DNA from: Octopus bimaculoides
Lineage: Eukaryota
Length of the DNA: 44,805 nucleotides
Direction: 5' to 3'
Assembly: GCF_001194135.2 (NCBI RefSeq)
Contig: NC_069003.1
Location: forward strand, 9,505,047 to 9,549,851
Every line of letters starts with the position of its first letter. Positions within the stretch are counted from its first letter, which is position 1. Positions 1 to 11,100 of this stretch are shown here, one piece after another. The position numbers and the translations under genes were made by a program. The notes beneath the pieces are model-generated. The model ran no database searches. It saw nothing but the letters and a program-made list of their open reading frames with translations, and was not told the origin of the DNA.

Positions 1-73
1 CTTCCCCCTCATTCCCACAAATTTCGGGCTTTGTGACTTTAGCAGAAAGTATTATTATTCTTGTTATTATTAA

Positions 74-325
74 GGCGGTGAGCTGGCAGAATTGTTAGCA
101 CGCCAGGCTTAATTAAACACCTAGCGGTATTTCACCTGTCGCTACCTTTCTGAGTTCAAATCCTGCCGAGCTCAACTTTGCTTTCACCTTTTGGGAGTCA
201 ATAAATTAAGTACCAGTGACAAACTGGGGTCAATGCAATCGACAAGTTTCAGACTTTGTGTCTAAGTCTTCTTCTTCTTATTATTACTATTATTATTATT
301 ATTATCATTATTATTATTATTATTG
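74..325 (+). mobile_element. tRNA-derived SINE family A (Deu/Nin-like central domain), near full length with (ATT)n tail
   Basis: Head GGCGGTGAGCTGGCAGAATTGTTAGCA (A-box-like), GAGTTCAAATCC (B-box-like), central ...CTTTGCTTTCACCTTTTGGGAGTCAATAAATTAAGTACCAG, then an ATT tail. The same blocks recur many times in the window. The Deu/Nin assignment is from recalled similarity. Confidence 0.8.
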
Positions 326-428
326 AGTGAGAGAACAGTGCATGCCGTCAAAGTGACATGGGTAAAATATACGAAACCCAGTATACCCAACATGACAACC
401 CGTCTGATAAGGGTGCACCAGGCACATC
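325..428 (-). mobile_element. Probable 5'-truncated non-LTR element 3' end embedded in (ATT)n
   Basis: ~100 bp complex segment bounded on both sides by ATT repeats; on the minus strand it ends ...CTCTCACTC followed by (AAT)n. Family not established. Confidence 0.4.
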
Positions 429-557
429 ATTATTATTATTATCATCATCATTATTATTATTATTATTATTATCCTTATCATTATTATTATCCTTATTATT
501 ATTATTATCCTTATTATTATTGTCATTATTATCATCATTATTATTAATATTATTATT

Positions 558-790
558 CTGGCAGCAATCATTTCTTACACCAGCCAAGATGCATTGTGAC
601 ATTTCGTCTGTCTTTATGTTCTGAGTTCAAATTCCACCTACATCAAACTTTGCCTTTCATCCTTTTGGTGGGGTCGATAAATTAAGTGCCAGTCAAATGC
701 TGGATTCAATGTGATCAGCTCCCCCCCCCCCAAATTTCAGGCCTTGTGATTTTAGTAGAAAGGATGATTATTATTATTATTATTATTATT
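558..790 (+). mobile_element. SINE family A copy (5'-degenerate)
   Basis: TTCTGAGTTCAAATTCC...CTTTGCCTTTCATCCTTTTGGTGGGGTCGATAAATTAAGTGCCAG...AAATTTCAGGCCTTGTG, then an ATT tail. Confidence 0.8.
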
Positions 791-1068
791 ATAGAAAGGA
801 TTGAGGTAACTCCTCCTGAAGATATAGAGTCAAAATTAAAAGAAGAGTGCCATTTGCTATCTCGTGAACAATATTTCGACATCTTGCGTGTCTTCCACTG
901 GTTCAAAAAATAAATTTGTCAATCTACTTCATTTTGGTTAATATAGAAAGGATTGAGGTAACCAAATGAAGTAGATTGACAAATTTATTTTTTGAACCAG
1001 TGGAAGACATGCAAGATGTCGAAATATTGTTCACAAGATAGCAAATGGCACTCTTCTTTTAATTTTGA
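791..1068. mobile_element. Penelope-like terminal (pLTR-like) fragment in inverted, foldback arrangement
   Basis: Arm 830-940 is the reverse complement of arm 959-1068 (2 substitutions, 1 indel). The 20-bp direct repeat 791-810 = 943-962. Each arm holds a hammerhead-like fold. Flanked by (ATT)n on both sides. The PLE assignment is inference. Confidence 0.55.
993..1033 (+). ncRNA. Minimal type-I hammerhead-like motif with atypical core (second copy at 865-905, minus strand)
   Basis: UGAAC-CAGUGGA-A-GACAU-gcaag-AUGUC-GAAA-UAU-U-GUUCA: stem I UGAAC/GUUCA, stem II GACAU/AUGUC, GAAA, palindromic AUAU stem III. The core differs from CUGANGA at positions 4 and 6. Confidence 0.4.
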
Positions 1069-1074
1069 TACTAC

Positions 1075-1158
<84 letters not shown>
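1069..1158. repeat. (ATT)n microsatellite
   Basis: Near-pure ATT run. Confidence 0.98.
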
Positions 1159-1159
<1 letters not shown>

Positions 1160-1269
1160 TGCTGTCTCTTTGTGGTGTGGTGATGGTGTTTCTATGACTA
1201 AGCTGTCAGTTTGTATTAGATATGCTTCTTTACACACTTGAGTAGAATTCATCATTTTATTACACACAT

Positions 1270-1681
1270 TATCTATCTGTCTGTTTTTACCTACTTACCT
1301 ATTTATTCGTTTCATCTTGCTATTTATATCTGTCTGTTTGTCTATCTACCAATCTATCTATCCATCTCTCTTCCTATCTCTATCCGTTTGTTTGTCTATC
1401 TGTCTCATATCTAACTAGCTATATCTATTTGTCCATCTCTCTATGTATTTTTCTATCTGTCTGTCTGTCTAGTTATCTATCTATCTAGCTAGCTATCTAT
1501 CTATACCAATCAGTTTATCTCTCTGTCTTTATTTATTAATCAGTCAGTCTATCAATCTATTTATTTATCTATCTATTTATCCATGTCTCTCTTTCTATCT
1601 GTGTATGTATATCTGTCTGTCTGTCTATCTATCTATCTAGCTATACCGATCAGTTTATCTACCTGTCTATTTATTAATCAG

Positions 1682-1746
<65 letters not shown>

Positions 1747-1867
1747 GTCTCTCTTTCTATCTGTGTATGTCTATCTATCTATCTATCCATTTGTCTGTCT
1801 GTGTCCATTTATCCATCCACTTGTATATCTACTCATGTGTTCATCTATCCAGCTATCTCTATCTATC
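1270..1867. repeat. (CTAT)n/(CTGT)n compound microsatellite running into an N gap
   Basis: Direct reading; internal block duplicated at ~1581 and ~1743. Confidence 0.95.
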
Positions 1868-3063
1868 NNNNNNNNNNNNNNNNNNNNNNNNNNNNNNNNN
1901 NNNNNNNNNNNNNNNNNNNNNNNNNNNNNNNNNNNNNNNNNNNNNNNNNNNNNNNNNNNNNNNNNNNNNNNNNNNNNNNNNNNNNNNNNNNNNNNNNNNN
2001 NNNNNNNNNNNNNNNNNNNNNNNNNNNNNNNNNNNNNNNNNNNNNNNNNNNNNNNNNNNNNNNNNNNNNNNNNNNNNNNNNNNNNNNNNNNNNNNNNNNN
2101 NNNNNNNNNNNNNNNNNNNNNNNNNNNNNNNNNNNNNNNNNNNNNNNNNNNNNNNNNNNNNNNNNNNNNNNNNNNNNNNNNNNNNNNNNNNNNNNNNNNN
2201 NNNNNNNNNNNNNNNNNNNNNNNNNNNNNNNNNNNNNNNNNNNNNNNNNNNNNNNNNNNNNNNNNNNNNNNNNNNNNNNNNNNNNNNNNNNNNNNNNNNN
2301 NNNNNNNNNNNNNNNNNNNNNNNNNNNNNNNNNNNNNNNNNNNNNNNNNNNNNNNNNNNNNNNNNNNNNNNNNNNNNNNNNNNNNNNNNNNNNNNNNNNN
2401 NNNNNNNNNNNNNNNNNNNNNNNNNNNNNNNNNNNNNNNNNNGCACATAAAAGCCGATTTAATCAAAGATACTTAGATAAATGTCGAAACTGTCCTATCA
2501 ATTTAAAAACACCTTTTCAAAATTTTTAAATTCTGTCCATTAGATGTTCTGCGAAGTTGCTTCAGGAGCTTTTAAGCTGCAGCTAATTATTTTTATTCCT
2601 CACCTCCTTCCGCTCCTCATCGTAAGGTGCATCATATTAGATTTTACTGTTTCTGTGTGCGTAGGTGTGTACCTATATATATATATATATGTATATATAC
2701 ACACACACACACACAACTAGACATGCATGTATCTATGTGTATAAATGTATATGTATGAGAGAGAGAGAAAGAGACATATACACACGCATACTTGTGTGTT
2801 TCTGTGCATGTACTTAGACAAGCATATACAAATATGTGTGTGTGTTTGTATGTAAGTGTATATATTACCATAGATATATATATATGTGTGTGTGTGTGCG
2901 TGTGTGTACACATATATATGCACTTGTATGTATGTAAGTGCATATATGTATGCACATATATATATATTATAGTTTATATATTTTATATACATGTGCTTAA
3001 AAATTTATATGCATATATACAAATGCCTGTGTTTATATATACATACAAGCACACGTATATATG

Positions 3064-3109
<46 letters not shown>

Positions 3110-3570
3110 AGTGAGGGTAACAGTGATAATGTCTTGATTTCTTGAACTAGTAAAGTTTTATCTCTTGTTTTTCCGTCTCCTACTCTTTCAAGACTCACTG
3201 TTGTTTTGTAGTCTTTGCTGTTGTTTTTGTATCCTTATCCAGTCAGTGTCTCTTCTTAGTGCTTCTGAGAATTACTGTGTGATTGAGCATCAGACTCTTG
3301 TGACGTTTTAAAACTTTTCGTGCTTGTTGCTATTACAAAGAATTACGTATGACTGCATTTAACCATTTGCCATTTACGGCAGCACCATTTACCATTGCCC
3401 ACTCGTTGTAACTACCATATTTACCATTTAGTATGGTACCACTCTCTCTACCACAATCTACCACTGATCATAGTTTTGTACATTGTACATGTAGCTTCAT
3501 TTATTGCTAATTTAGTTATTGCTGATCCAGGCTAACACGGGATGGTCAATTGTGGACCAGATTATGCTTG

Positions 3571-3719
3571 TCACAGATTGATCTCTGATGACACAGGTTA
3601 GCAATCTGAGGACACAGGTCTGCAATCTCGTGACTCAAGTCAGCACTCTGTTAACACTGGTCAGCAATCAGTCAAAGATTTTGCTTGGATTGCAAGAACA
3701 CACTTTTGACCACCTGTGA
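3571..3719 (+). pseudogene. Degenerate 21-bp tandem repeat encoding coiled-coil heptads (possible retroelement ORF1/gag remnant)
   Basis: 3588-3719 reads MTQVSNLRTQVCNLVTQVSTLLTLVSNQSKILLGLQEHTFDHL*; one more unit lies upstream with a 1-nt frameshift. Confidence 0.35.
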
Positions 3720-3952
3720 TATGTATATGTTTTTGTGTATGTTTGTGTGTCTGTGTTTGTCCTCCCACCATCGCTTGACAACCGGTGTTGGTATGTTTAC
3801 GACCCCCGTAACTTAGCAGTTCGGCAAAAGATACCGATAGAATAAGTACTAGGCTTACAAAGAATAAGTCCTGGGGTCGATTTGTTCTACTAAAGGCGGT
3901 GCTCCAGCATGGCCGCAGTCAAATGACTGAAACAACTAAAAGAATAAAAGAA
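3720..3952 (+). mobile_element. SINE family B (CORE-like, OR-type), 3' half
   Basis: GTTTGTCC...CATCGCTTGACAACC...AATAAGTACTAGGCTTACAAAGAATAAGTCCTGGGGTCGATTTG...CCAGCATGGCCGCAGTCAAATGACTGAAAC with an AAAAGA tail; multiple copies in the window. Confidence 0.9.
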
Positions 3953-4029
3953 CGAGTGTTTTATCTACAGGAAAAGGTAGAAACGGTCAAGAAAATATGT
4001 GAGTGGAAGCTTCACTGAGGGCCGCCACT

Positions 4030-4297
4030 TTGGTGTCTCTGAATCAACTGCTAAGTTATGGGGAATGTAAACAAACCAACACCGACTGTCAAGTGGTGAG
4101 CAGAGAGACACAAAGACAAACACGTACACACACACATATACGACAGGCTTCTTTCAGTTTTCATCTACTGAATCCACTCGCAGGGGCTTTGGTCAGCACA
4201 GGGCCATAGTGGAAGATACTCGCTCATGGTACCATACGATGGGAACTGAACCCCAAAACTATGTGGTCGGAGGCAAACTTCTTACCAGACAGCTGCC
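4030..4297 (-). mobile_element. SINE family B, diverged copy, tail-to-tail with the previous copy
   Basis: GGCTTCTTTCAGTTTTCATCTACTGAATCCACTC...GGAACTGAACCC...CTTCTTACCAGACAGC matches the other minus-strand copies. Confidence 0.8.
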
Positions 4298-5759
4298 ACT
4301 TGTAGAATTCTTTTGAATATGGCCATTATGTAAGGAAGATTGATTGGTGGACACTTATGGAATGGAATATAATGGCGTCTGTACACAGACAATTCTGGGA
4401 ACTTAAAGAATTCGGCATTGTGAACAACTGATATCAGTGGTGCCATATGTGTGGATCATAATGACGACTGCGACAGCAACTGCAACAGCGGGACAGAAAC
4501 AGATATTAGGGGTGGAAGGAAGAAGTATTCTTCAGTTTGTTTTCATTTTTGTTTTTTTAATGTTTCTTGTTTGTTTATTGTTGTCACATGCCAGTATACA
4601 CCCTCTCCCCCCCCCCCCNNNNNNNNNNNNNNNNNNNNNNNNNNNNNNNNNNNNNNNNNNNNNNNNNNNNNNNNNNNNNNNNNNNNNNNNNNNNNNNNNN
4701 NNNNNNNNNNNNNNNNNNNNNNNNNNNNNNNNNNNNNNNNNNNNNNNNNNNNNNNNNNNNNNNNNNNNNNNNNNNNNNNNNNNNNNNNNNNNNNNNNNNN
4801 NNNNNNNNNNNNNNNNNNNNNNNNNNNNNNNNNNNNNNNNNNNNNNNNNNNNNNNNNNNNNNNNNNNNNNNNNNNNNNNNNNNNNNNNNNNNNNNNNNNN
4901 NNNNNNNNNNNNNNNNNNNNNNNNNNNNNNNNNNNNNNNNNNNNNNNNNNNNNNNNNNNNNNNNNNNNNNNNNNNNNNNNNNNNNNNNNNNNNNNNNNNN
5001 NNNNNNNNNNNNNNNNNNNNNNNNNNNNNNNNNNNNNNNNNNNNNNNNNNNNNNNNNNNNNNNNNNNNNNNNNNNNNNNNNNNNNNNNNNNNNNNNNNNN
5101 NNNNNNNNNNNNNNNNNNNNNNNNNNNNNNNNNNNNNNNNNNNNNNNNNNNNNNNNNNNNNNNNNNNNNNNNNNNNNNNNNNNNNNNNNNNNNNNNNNNN
5201 NNNNNNNNNNNNNNNNNNNNNNNNNNNNNNNNNNNNNNNNNNNNNNNNNNNNNNNNNNNNNNNNNNNNNNNNNNNNNNNNNNNNNNNNNNNNNNNNNNNN
5301 NNNNNNNNNNNNNNNNNNNNNNNNNNNNNNNNNNNNNNNNNNNNNNNNNNNNNNNNNNNNNNNNNNNNNNNNATATATATATGTAAGAAAGGAAAAGAAT
5401 AAAGTGCTCAACTTGGTTGGTAGTGGGTTGCAACTAGAAAAAAAAAACAGAATAAGTAAAATACCAAAAAAAAAAAAAAAGAATGGTAGGACTGAATTGC
5501 AGAGAAGAAGAATAAAAGACAAGACACACAACACAAAACAAAAATACAACAAAATGAAAAACGCAAATAAAAAAGCATCCTAACTGTGTGATGGTGCTTA
5601 AGAGGGTGAAGAAGGACTTAGAGGGATGTGGATTGTATAAAACCAGGCATTTATTAGTGATTAATAGCTTAAAAGGCAGTTCAAGATGTTCGGTATGGAA
5701 ACGAGTAGAAATAAATGCATTTGGAATTGGTTTCTTGCATCTGAGTAAAGAGTCTTCTG

Positions 5760-6025
5760 CATACATAATATATACACACACATACACACACACAAACACA
5801 TATATATATACATATACGCACACGTAAATCTGTACACATATATATATAATGTATTTATACACACACACACACACACACACATATATAAATCTATACATAT
5901 ATATATAAAGTATTTATACACGTACATATGTATTCACACATTCTATATGCATACACACACACATGTGTACATGCATAGACATGCATATATATCTGACATA
6001 TGCATAATATATATTCATCTGTGTG

Positions 6026-6100
<75 letters not shown>

Positions 6101-6304
6101 TACATATATACACACATATATATATAGAATTGCATATGTATATATGTATAATACATATGTATAATGTATGTATATTCATGTTTAATATGTATATATATAT
6201 ATATAATATATCTCTATATATACATGATATATAATATATCTATATACATATATGACATGTATAATATATCTATCTATATATATATATGACGTATAATACA
6301 TCTA

Positions 6305-6347
<43 letters not shown>

Positions 6348-6420
6348 GCCTATACATAACGGACATTAAATGATGATGACGAGATATATATGTATATGTG
6401 TATATATATACATATCTAAT
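5760..6420. repeat. (TA)n/(CA)n compound microsatellite
   Basis: Direct reading. Confidence 0.95.
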
Positions 6421-6771
6421 ATATATACGTATCTGAAAGGAACATGTAAATAATTCCTAGATATCAAGCCTAACCGTTTATCTTCAGAAGCATGGAAGAA
6501 GTCTTTAGAATTATGGATATCATGGAGTACTGATTGACTTATCTAAGCACTATTCAATGAAGTATAACCCATGAATGCGGCGACAGCAACAACAGCAGTA
6601 GTGTTCTTGTTGGTGGTGGTAGTGGCGGCAGTGGTGCAAGGTTGCCTGGCTGGATAGCTTCCTTGCTGGCTGGCTGACCGGCACAGCTGCCAGAAGATAC
6701 TGGAAGATTTATGCGTTCTTATGAATGTCTTAATGTTTGGCGTTTCCTCCATCGTCGTCATTTTTCCTTTA

Positions 6772-6975
6772 TCGTTTACTTGTTTCAGTCATTAGGTTGT
6801 GGCCATGCTGGGGCAATGCGTTGAAGAATTTTCAGTCAAATGTATCGATCCCTGTACTCGTTCTAACGGTCTCTTTTGCTGAACCGCTAAGTCACAGGGA
6901 TGTAAGCGCACCAGCATTGGTTGCCAAGCAGTGGGTGGGGCACAAACAACACAAACACACACACATAGATATATC
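6772..6975 (-). mobile_element. SINE family B, 3' part
   Basis: TTTACTTGTTTCAGTCATT...GGCCATGCTGG...CTCTTTTGCTGAACCGCTAAGT. Confidence 0.8.
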
Positions 6976-7062
6976 TTCTGTACAATATAACGAGCCTTTC
7001 TTCCTTTATTCAGTTAGAGGGGTCGGAGTTGAATGGAATTTGTTTCCTTTAAACAAAGTATC

Positions 7063-7265
7063 ATCATCATCATCATCATCATCGTCTAGCATCCACTTTC
7101 CATGCCGGCATGGGTTGGACGGTTTAACTGAGGACTGGCAAGCCGGGAGGCTGCACCAGGCTCCAATCAGATCTGGCCAGGTTTTCTATAGCTGGATGCC
7201 CTTCCTAACGCCAATCACTCCGAGAGTGTGGTGGGTGCCTTTTTTGTGCCACCAGCACGTGGGGT
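7063..7265 (-). mobile_element. LINE-tail-like repeat family E ending in (GAT)n
   Basis: Shares GCATCCAGCT...ACCCATGC..GCATGGAAA with copies at ~9915-10010 (+) and ~31525-31760 (-); GAT tail on the minus strand. Confidence 0.7.
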
Positions 7266-7932
7266 GGGGCAGTCAGATGCCACTGGATTATTAGTGGAAG
7301 ACGTTTACCCCAGGTGTCATCCAGTGTGATTGATTGTCGCAAAGCAAGCTTTTTAACCACCTGTAGCCATGCTTGTGTCTACATATCTAGGTTCTATGTG
7401 ATATCTGTGTGTGTGTGTGTACGTTTGTGCAAACAACAAGATGCTAGCATTCTTCAAACAAATCCATTTGTAATATTTGTTCCGCCACAAGTTACAAACA
7501 CTCCCTTATCACTCTCAGCCCATTGAAGATCTGTGCTATTATTCACAGAAAAACTCAAGACTGGGAACTAGCAAATTGAGAGAAAAAAATGGTTTGTTTT
7601 CTTAATTTTTTTTTCTTTTTTTTTTCTAATACTTCCCAAACCACTTAAACCAAGGTTTTCCTGGCTGCTAAACATAAACATGTTCTTAGACTTCCAGATC
7701 CTCTTACAGAAGAAATATCATTAACTTCTGTAGCTTCAATATCAGAGAATCTCAAATTCTCCTTCTAATAATATATCAGGCTGTTTCTCTCTCTCTCTTT
7801 CCTTAGTGTAGTTGTAAGAGGTTTTTAGCTCTTATTTCTAGCAATGTAGGTGCTCCCCAGCACAGTCATTCACAATTAGTGACAACTGAAGTTTTTCCTT
7901 TTCCATTTTATATTGTGTATAACCGCCTTCAT

Positions 7933-7973
<41 letters not shown>

Positions 7974-7975
<2 letters not shown>

Positions 7976-8122
7976 TAAAGAAGCCCGTTGTGTATATGTA
8001 TGTATATGTGTGTGTTTGTCTCCCCAACGTCACTTGACAACCGATGGTGGTGTATTTACGTTCCGGTAACTTAGCGGTTTGGCAAAAGAGACCGAAAGAA
8101 TAAGTACTAGGCTTACAAAGAA
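7974..8122 (+). mobile_element. SINE family B fragment running into a gap
   Basis: AAAGAAGCCCGTTGTGTATATG...CTTGACAACCGATG...AATAAGTACTAGGCTTACAAAGAA. Confidence 0.85.
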
Positions 8123-8577
8123 NNNNNNNNNNNNNNNNNNNNNNNNNNNNNNNNNNNNNNNNNNNNNNNNNNNNNNNNNNNNNNNNNNNNNNNNNNNNNN
8201 NNNNNNNNNNNNNNNNNNNNNNNNNNNNNNNNNNNNNNNNNNNNNNNNNNNNNNNNNNNNNNNNNNNNNNNNNNNNNNNNNNNNNNNNNNNNNNNNNNNN
8301 NNNNNNNNNNNNNNNNNNNNNNNNNNNNNNNNNNNNNNNNNNNNNNNNNNNNNNNNNNNNNNNNNNNNNNNNNNNNNNNNNNNNNNNNNNNNNNNNNNNN
8401 NNNNNNNNNNNNNNNNNNNNNNNNNNNNNNNNNNNNNNNNNNNNNNNNNNNNNNNNNNNNNNNNNNNNNNNNNNNNNNNNNNNNNNNNNNNNNNNNNNNN
8501 NNNNNNNNNNNNNNNNNNNNNNNNNNNNNNNNNNNNNNNNNNNNNNNNNNNATATATATATATATATAAAAGTACAC

Positions 8578-8680
8578 AAGGGGCTTCCTTTAGTTTTCAT
8601 CTATCAAATCACTGACAAGACTTTGGTTAGCCTAGGGCTATAGTTGAAGACACTCGCTCAAGGTGCCATGCTATGCAGTG
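8578..8680 (-). mobile_element. SINE family B fragment
   Basis: GGGCTTCCTTTAGTTTTCATCTATCAAATCACTGACAAGACTTTGG...GAAGACACTCGCTCAAGGTGCC. Confidence 0.8.
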
Positions 8681-8847
8681 AGATTTTGAAGGAGATTTAT
8701 TATGTTTGCTATTTCTAGCATGTTAGGTGACACAACATAGGTGATGTCTCTTCAGCTCGTGATGTTATATGTGATTTGGTAATGGATCTCCAGCGGCGTC
8801 ACTTTGTTACCATTTTACTCATAATCCATCCTTTTTTCCCCTCTCAG

Positions 8848-8946
8848 ACTCATGCCTCAGTCTTGACAAAGATCTTTTCAGGAACAACATCGAAACAAAA
8901 GCAGAGCTTAGCTTCCTTCGCTTACTGTTTACTCAATGTGTCTACG
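8848..8946 (+). CDS. Candidate internal exon (99 bp, phase 1-1), unknown protein
   Basis: Acceptor CTTTTTTCCCCTCTCAG, donor ACG|GTAAAA; open frame SCLSLDKDLFRNNIETKAELSFLRLLFTQCVY; no recognisable homology. Confidence 0.2.
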
Positions 8947-9914
8947 GTAAAACTTTGTCTTTTGTAGTAATCTTGTTCTCAAGCTGTGCATAGAAATGAT
9001 GGCATTCATAAATCCGTCTCCTTCTCCTGCGAGCACAGACTCCACTCCATGTCGTTCATTTGTCTCGATTCTTCTCGTTAGTATTAACACTGCGAAACCT
9101 CAGCGACTGGCGTACTTTCGAAACATATTAAACCAACGTCTCCAAATTGCCTTTCAGAAAAGGCAATTTGTATTAGTTCTTAATAAAGCGACTCAATGAA
9201 CTTTCAGCAAGTACCATTAAATTTAATTACTTGACTTATCGTCTCCAGATGAGAATCTAATATCTTATTTTTAAAATAATGTATATACCGATAACTGCTA
9301 ATCTTGTAAACCATACTGCAACCAATTTAGTAGTTTTCTAGATCTGAGTCGAACTGACTGACTAGTATCTTCAGTTTTCTAATTGTGTTATCATATCAGT
9401 CAAGTAGATTGCCAAATTGTATGCTGGTAAGATTTCTGGGAGGTTCCTATCTTTCCTCACAATGTGAAGTCTGAAGATTTTTATCCATTTACCGATATTT
9501 GGAAGGTTGTGGAATCACAAACCATTTGATAGTCAGTCGGTCAGCTGATCGAACCAAGAAAACTGTTGTCTCCATTTAAAAAATTTTTTTTTTTTGCAAA
9601 CTGTTGGTAATATCTGGACAGTTGCATTCCTGACAGAAATCTCTCTTTTTTTCTGGTGATGGTAAGCATAGTAATTAGGCTATGTGGTAAGAAGTTTTCT
9701 TCCTAACCACATGGTTCCAGGTTCAGTTCCACTGATAGAATGATTGGATGGATGGATGGTTAGATGGATTGGTTGATAGATGCGTCTGTATGTATATTGT
9801 TTGTGTCTCCTCTTGATATAGAGTGATTGTTGTTAATGAATGTTGTTATTCATTTTCTATAGTGTCTGCAAGCATGCCTGGCAATACGGAAATATTACCT
9901 TGCTTGGAGACAGG

Positions 9915-10010
9915 CAAGGGCATCCAGCTGTGGAAAATCCTTACCAGGAAAACTCCTCCAACCCATGCTAGCATGGAAAAGCAGATGTTAAAACGACAAG
10001 GATGATGACA
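9915..10010 (+). mobile_element. Repeat family E tail
   Basis: AAGGGCATCCAGCTGTGGAAA...CCAACCCATGCTAGCATGGAAAAGCAGATGTTAAAACGAC..GATGATGA. Confidence 0.7.
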
Positions 10011-10404
10011 TGTTACCATCTATCACCTCCTCCTCCTCCTCCTCTTGTGACCCATTCCTATATTTACTTACATTCTCTCCTAACCAGTGCCCACACCTCC
10101 ATCCATGACCACCACTCCTTTTACTTCTGTCCTCTTCTCAAATGTTTGTCTCTCTCCTTCCACACCCTGGCGAACGACCCAACTCCCCTAGTCATTATTG
10201 CTTCTCTGACCCCTATTCTATCCAACATTCTAACAACTCTGTCAATTCCCCACCTTTTCTCTGATACACTTTATCGAGGTACGTTGTCTATGCCTAAGAT
10301 GCTCTTCCCGTCAACAACCCTCATTCATCAGTTTCAAAGTGTGGTAACATTTGTCACCATGGAAATAATTAACGCTGTTTGTATGATGCTGACACTCATT
10401 TACA

Positions 10405-10507
10405 GCTGTTTTTCTTTCTCTCTTTCTCTTCCTCTCTTTCTCTTTCTCCTCCCTCTCTTTCTCTCTCTCCTCCCATTCTTTCTCCTCCCCCTCTCTCCCA
10501 GCCCCTC

Positions 10508-10587
<80 letters not shown>

Positions 10588-10590
10588 GAC
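10405..10590. repeat. (CT)n microsatellite
   Basis: Direct reading. Confidence 0.95.
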
Positions 10591-10745
10591 ACATCTACAC
10601 GATAGGCTTCTTTCAGTTTCCATCTGCCAAATGCATTAACAAAACTGTGGTCAGTCCTGGGTTGTAAAAATAGGAAACACTTTCTCACAGTGCCACATGA
10701 TAGGATTGAACCTAAAACCTTGTGGTTAGGAAGCAGACCTCTTGT
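10590..10745 (-). mobile_element. SINE family B, 5' half
   Basis: GGCTTCTTTCAGTTTCCATCTGCCAAAT...GTGCCAC...GATTGAACC...GTGGTTAGGAAGC. Confidence 0.75.
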
Positions 10746-10894
10746 TCTCAAGTGTTTGCTGAATTTTCTTCAGAACAATTTCTTCTTAGTGGTCAGACCA
10801 TAGGTGGTCCACTTCTAACATAATGAATGTCCACTTAGTGGTCATCCCTCTTATAAGTATATATATATATATGTATGTATATGTATGTATGTAT

Positions 10895-11100
10895 CTTTAG
10901 GTCTGTGTTTGTCCCCACCACCATCGCTTCACAACCCACGGTGGTGTTCTTACGTCCTCGTAACATAGCAGGGACAGCAAAATGAGATCAATAAAATAAA
11001 TACTAGGCTTACCAAGAATAGGTTGTTGGGTCGATTTCTTTGACTAAGCTCCAATATGGCCGCAGTCAAACAACTAAAAGTAGTAAAAGAATAAAATAAT
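10895..11100 (+). mobile_element. SINE family B, 3' half
   Basis: TGTGTTTGTCCCCACCACCATCGCTTCACAAC...TACTAGGCTTACCAAGAATAGG...ATGGCCGCAGTCAAA...GTAAAAGAATAAAA. Confidence 0.8.

Noticed and set aside
790-826. TATA-GAAA...GTA...CTGAAGA-TATA looked like a type-II hammerhead
   Set aside because: Stem III cannot form (G-G opposition next to the A-U pair); likely chance
8780-9150. Minus-strand peptides vaguely like a transposase
   Set aside because: All three frames are interrupted and no diagnostic DDE motif can be identified
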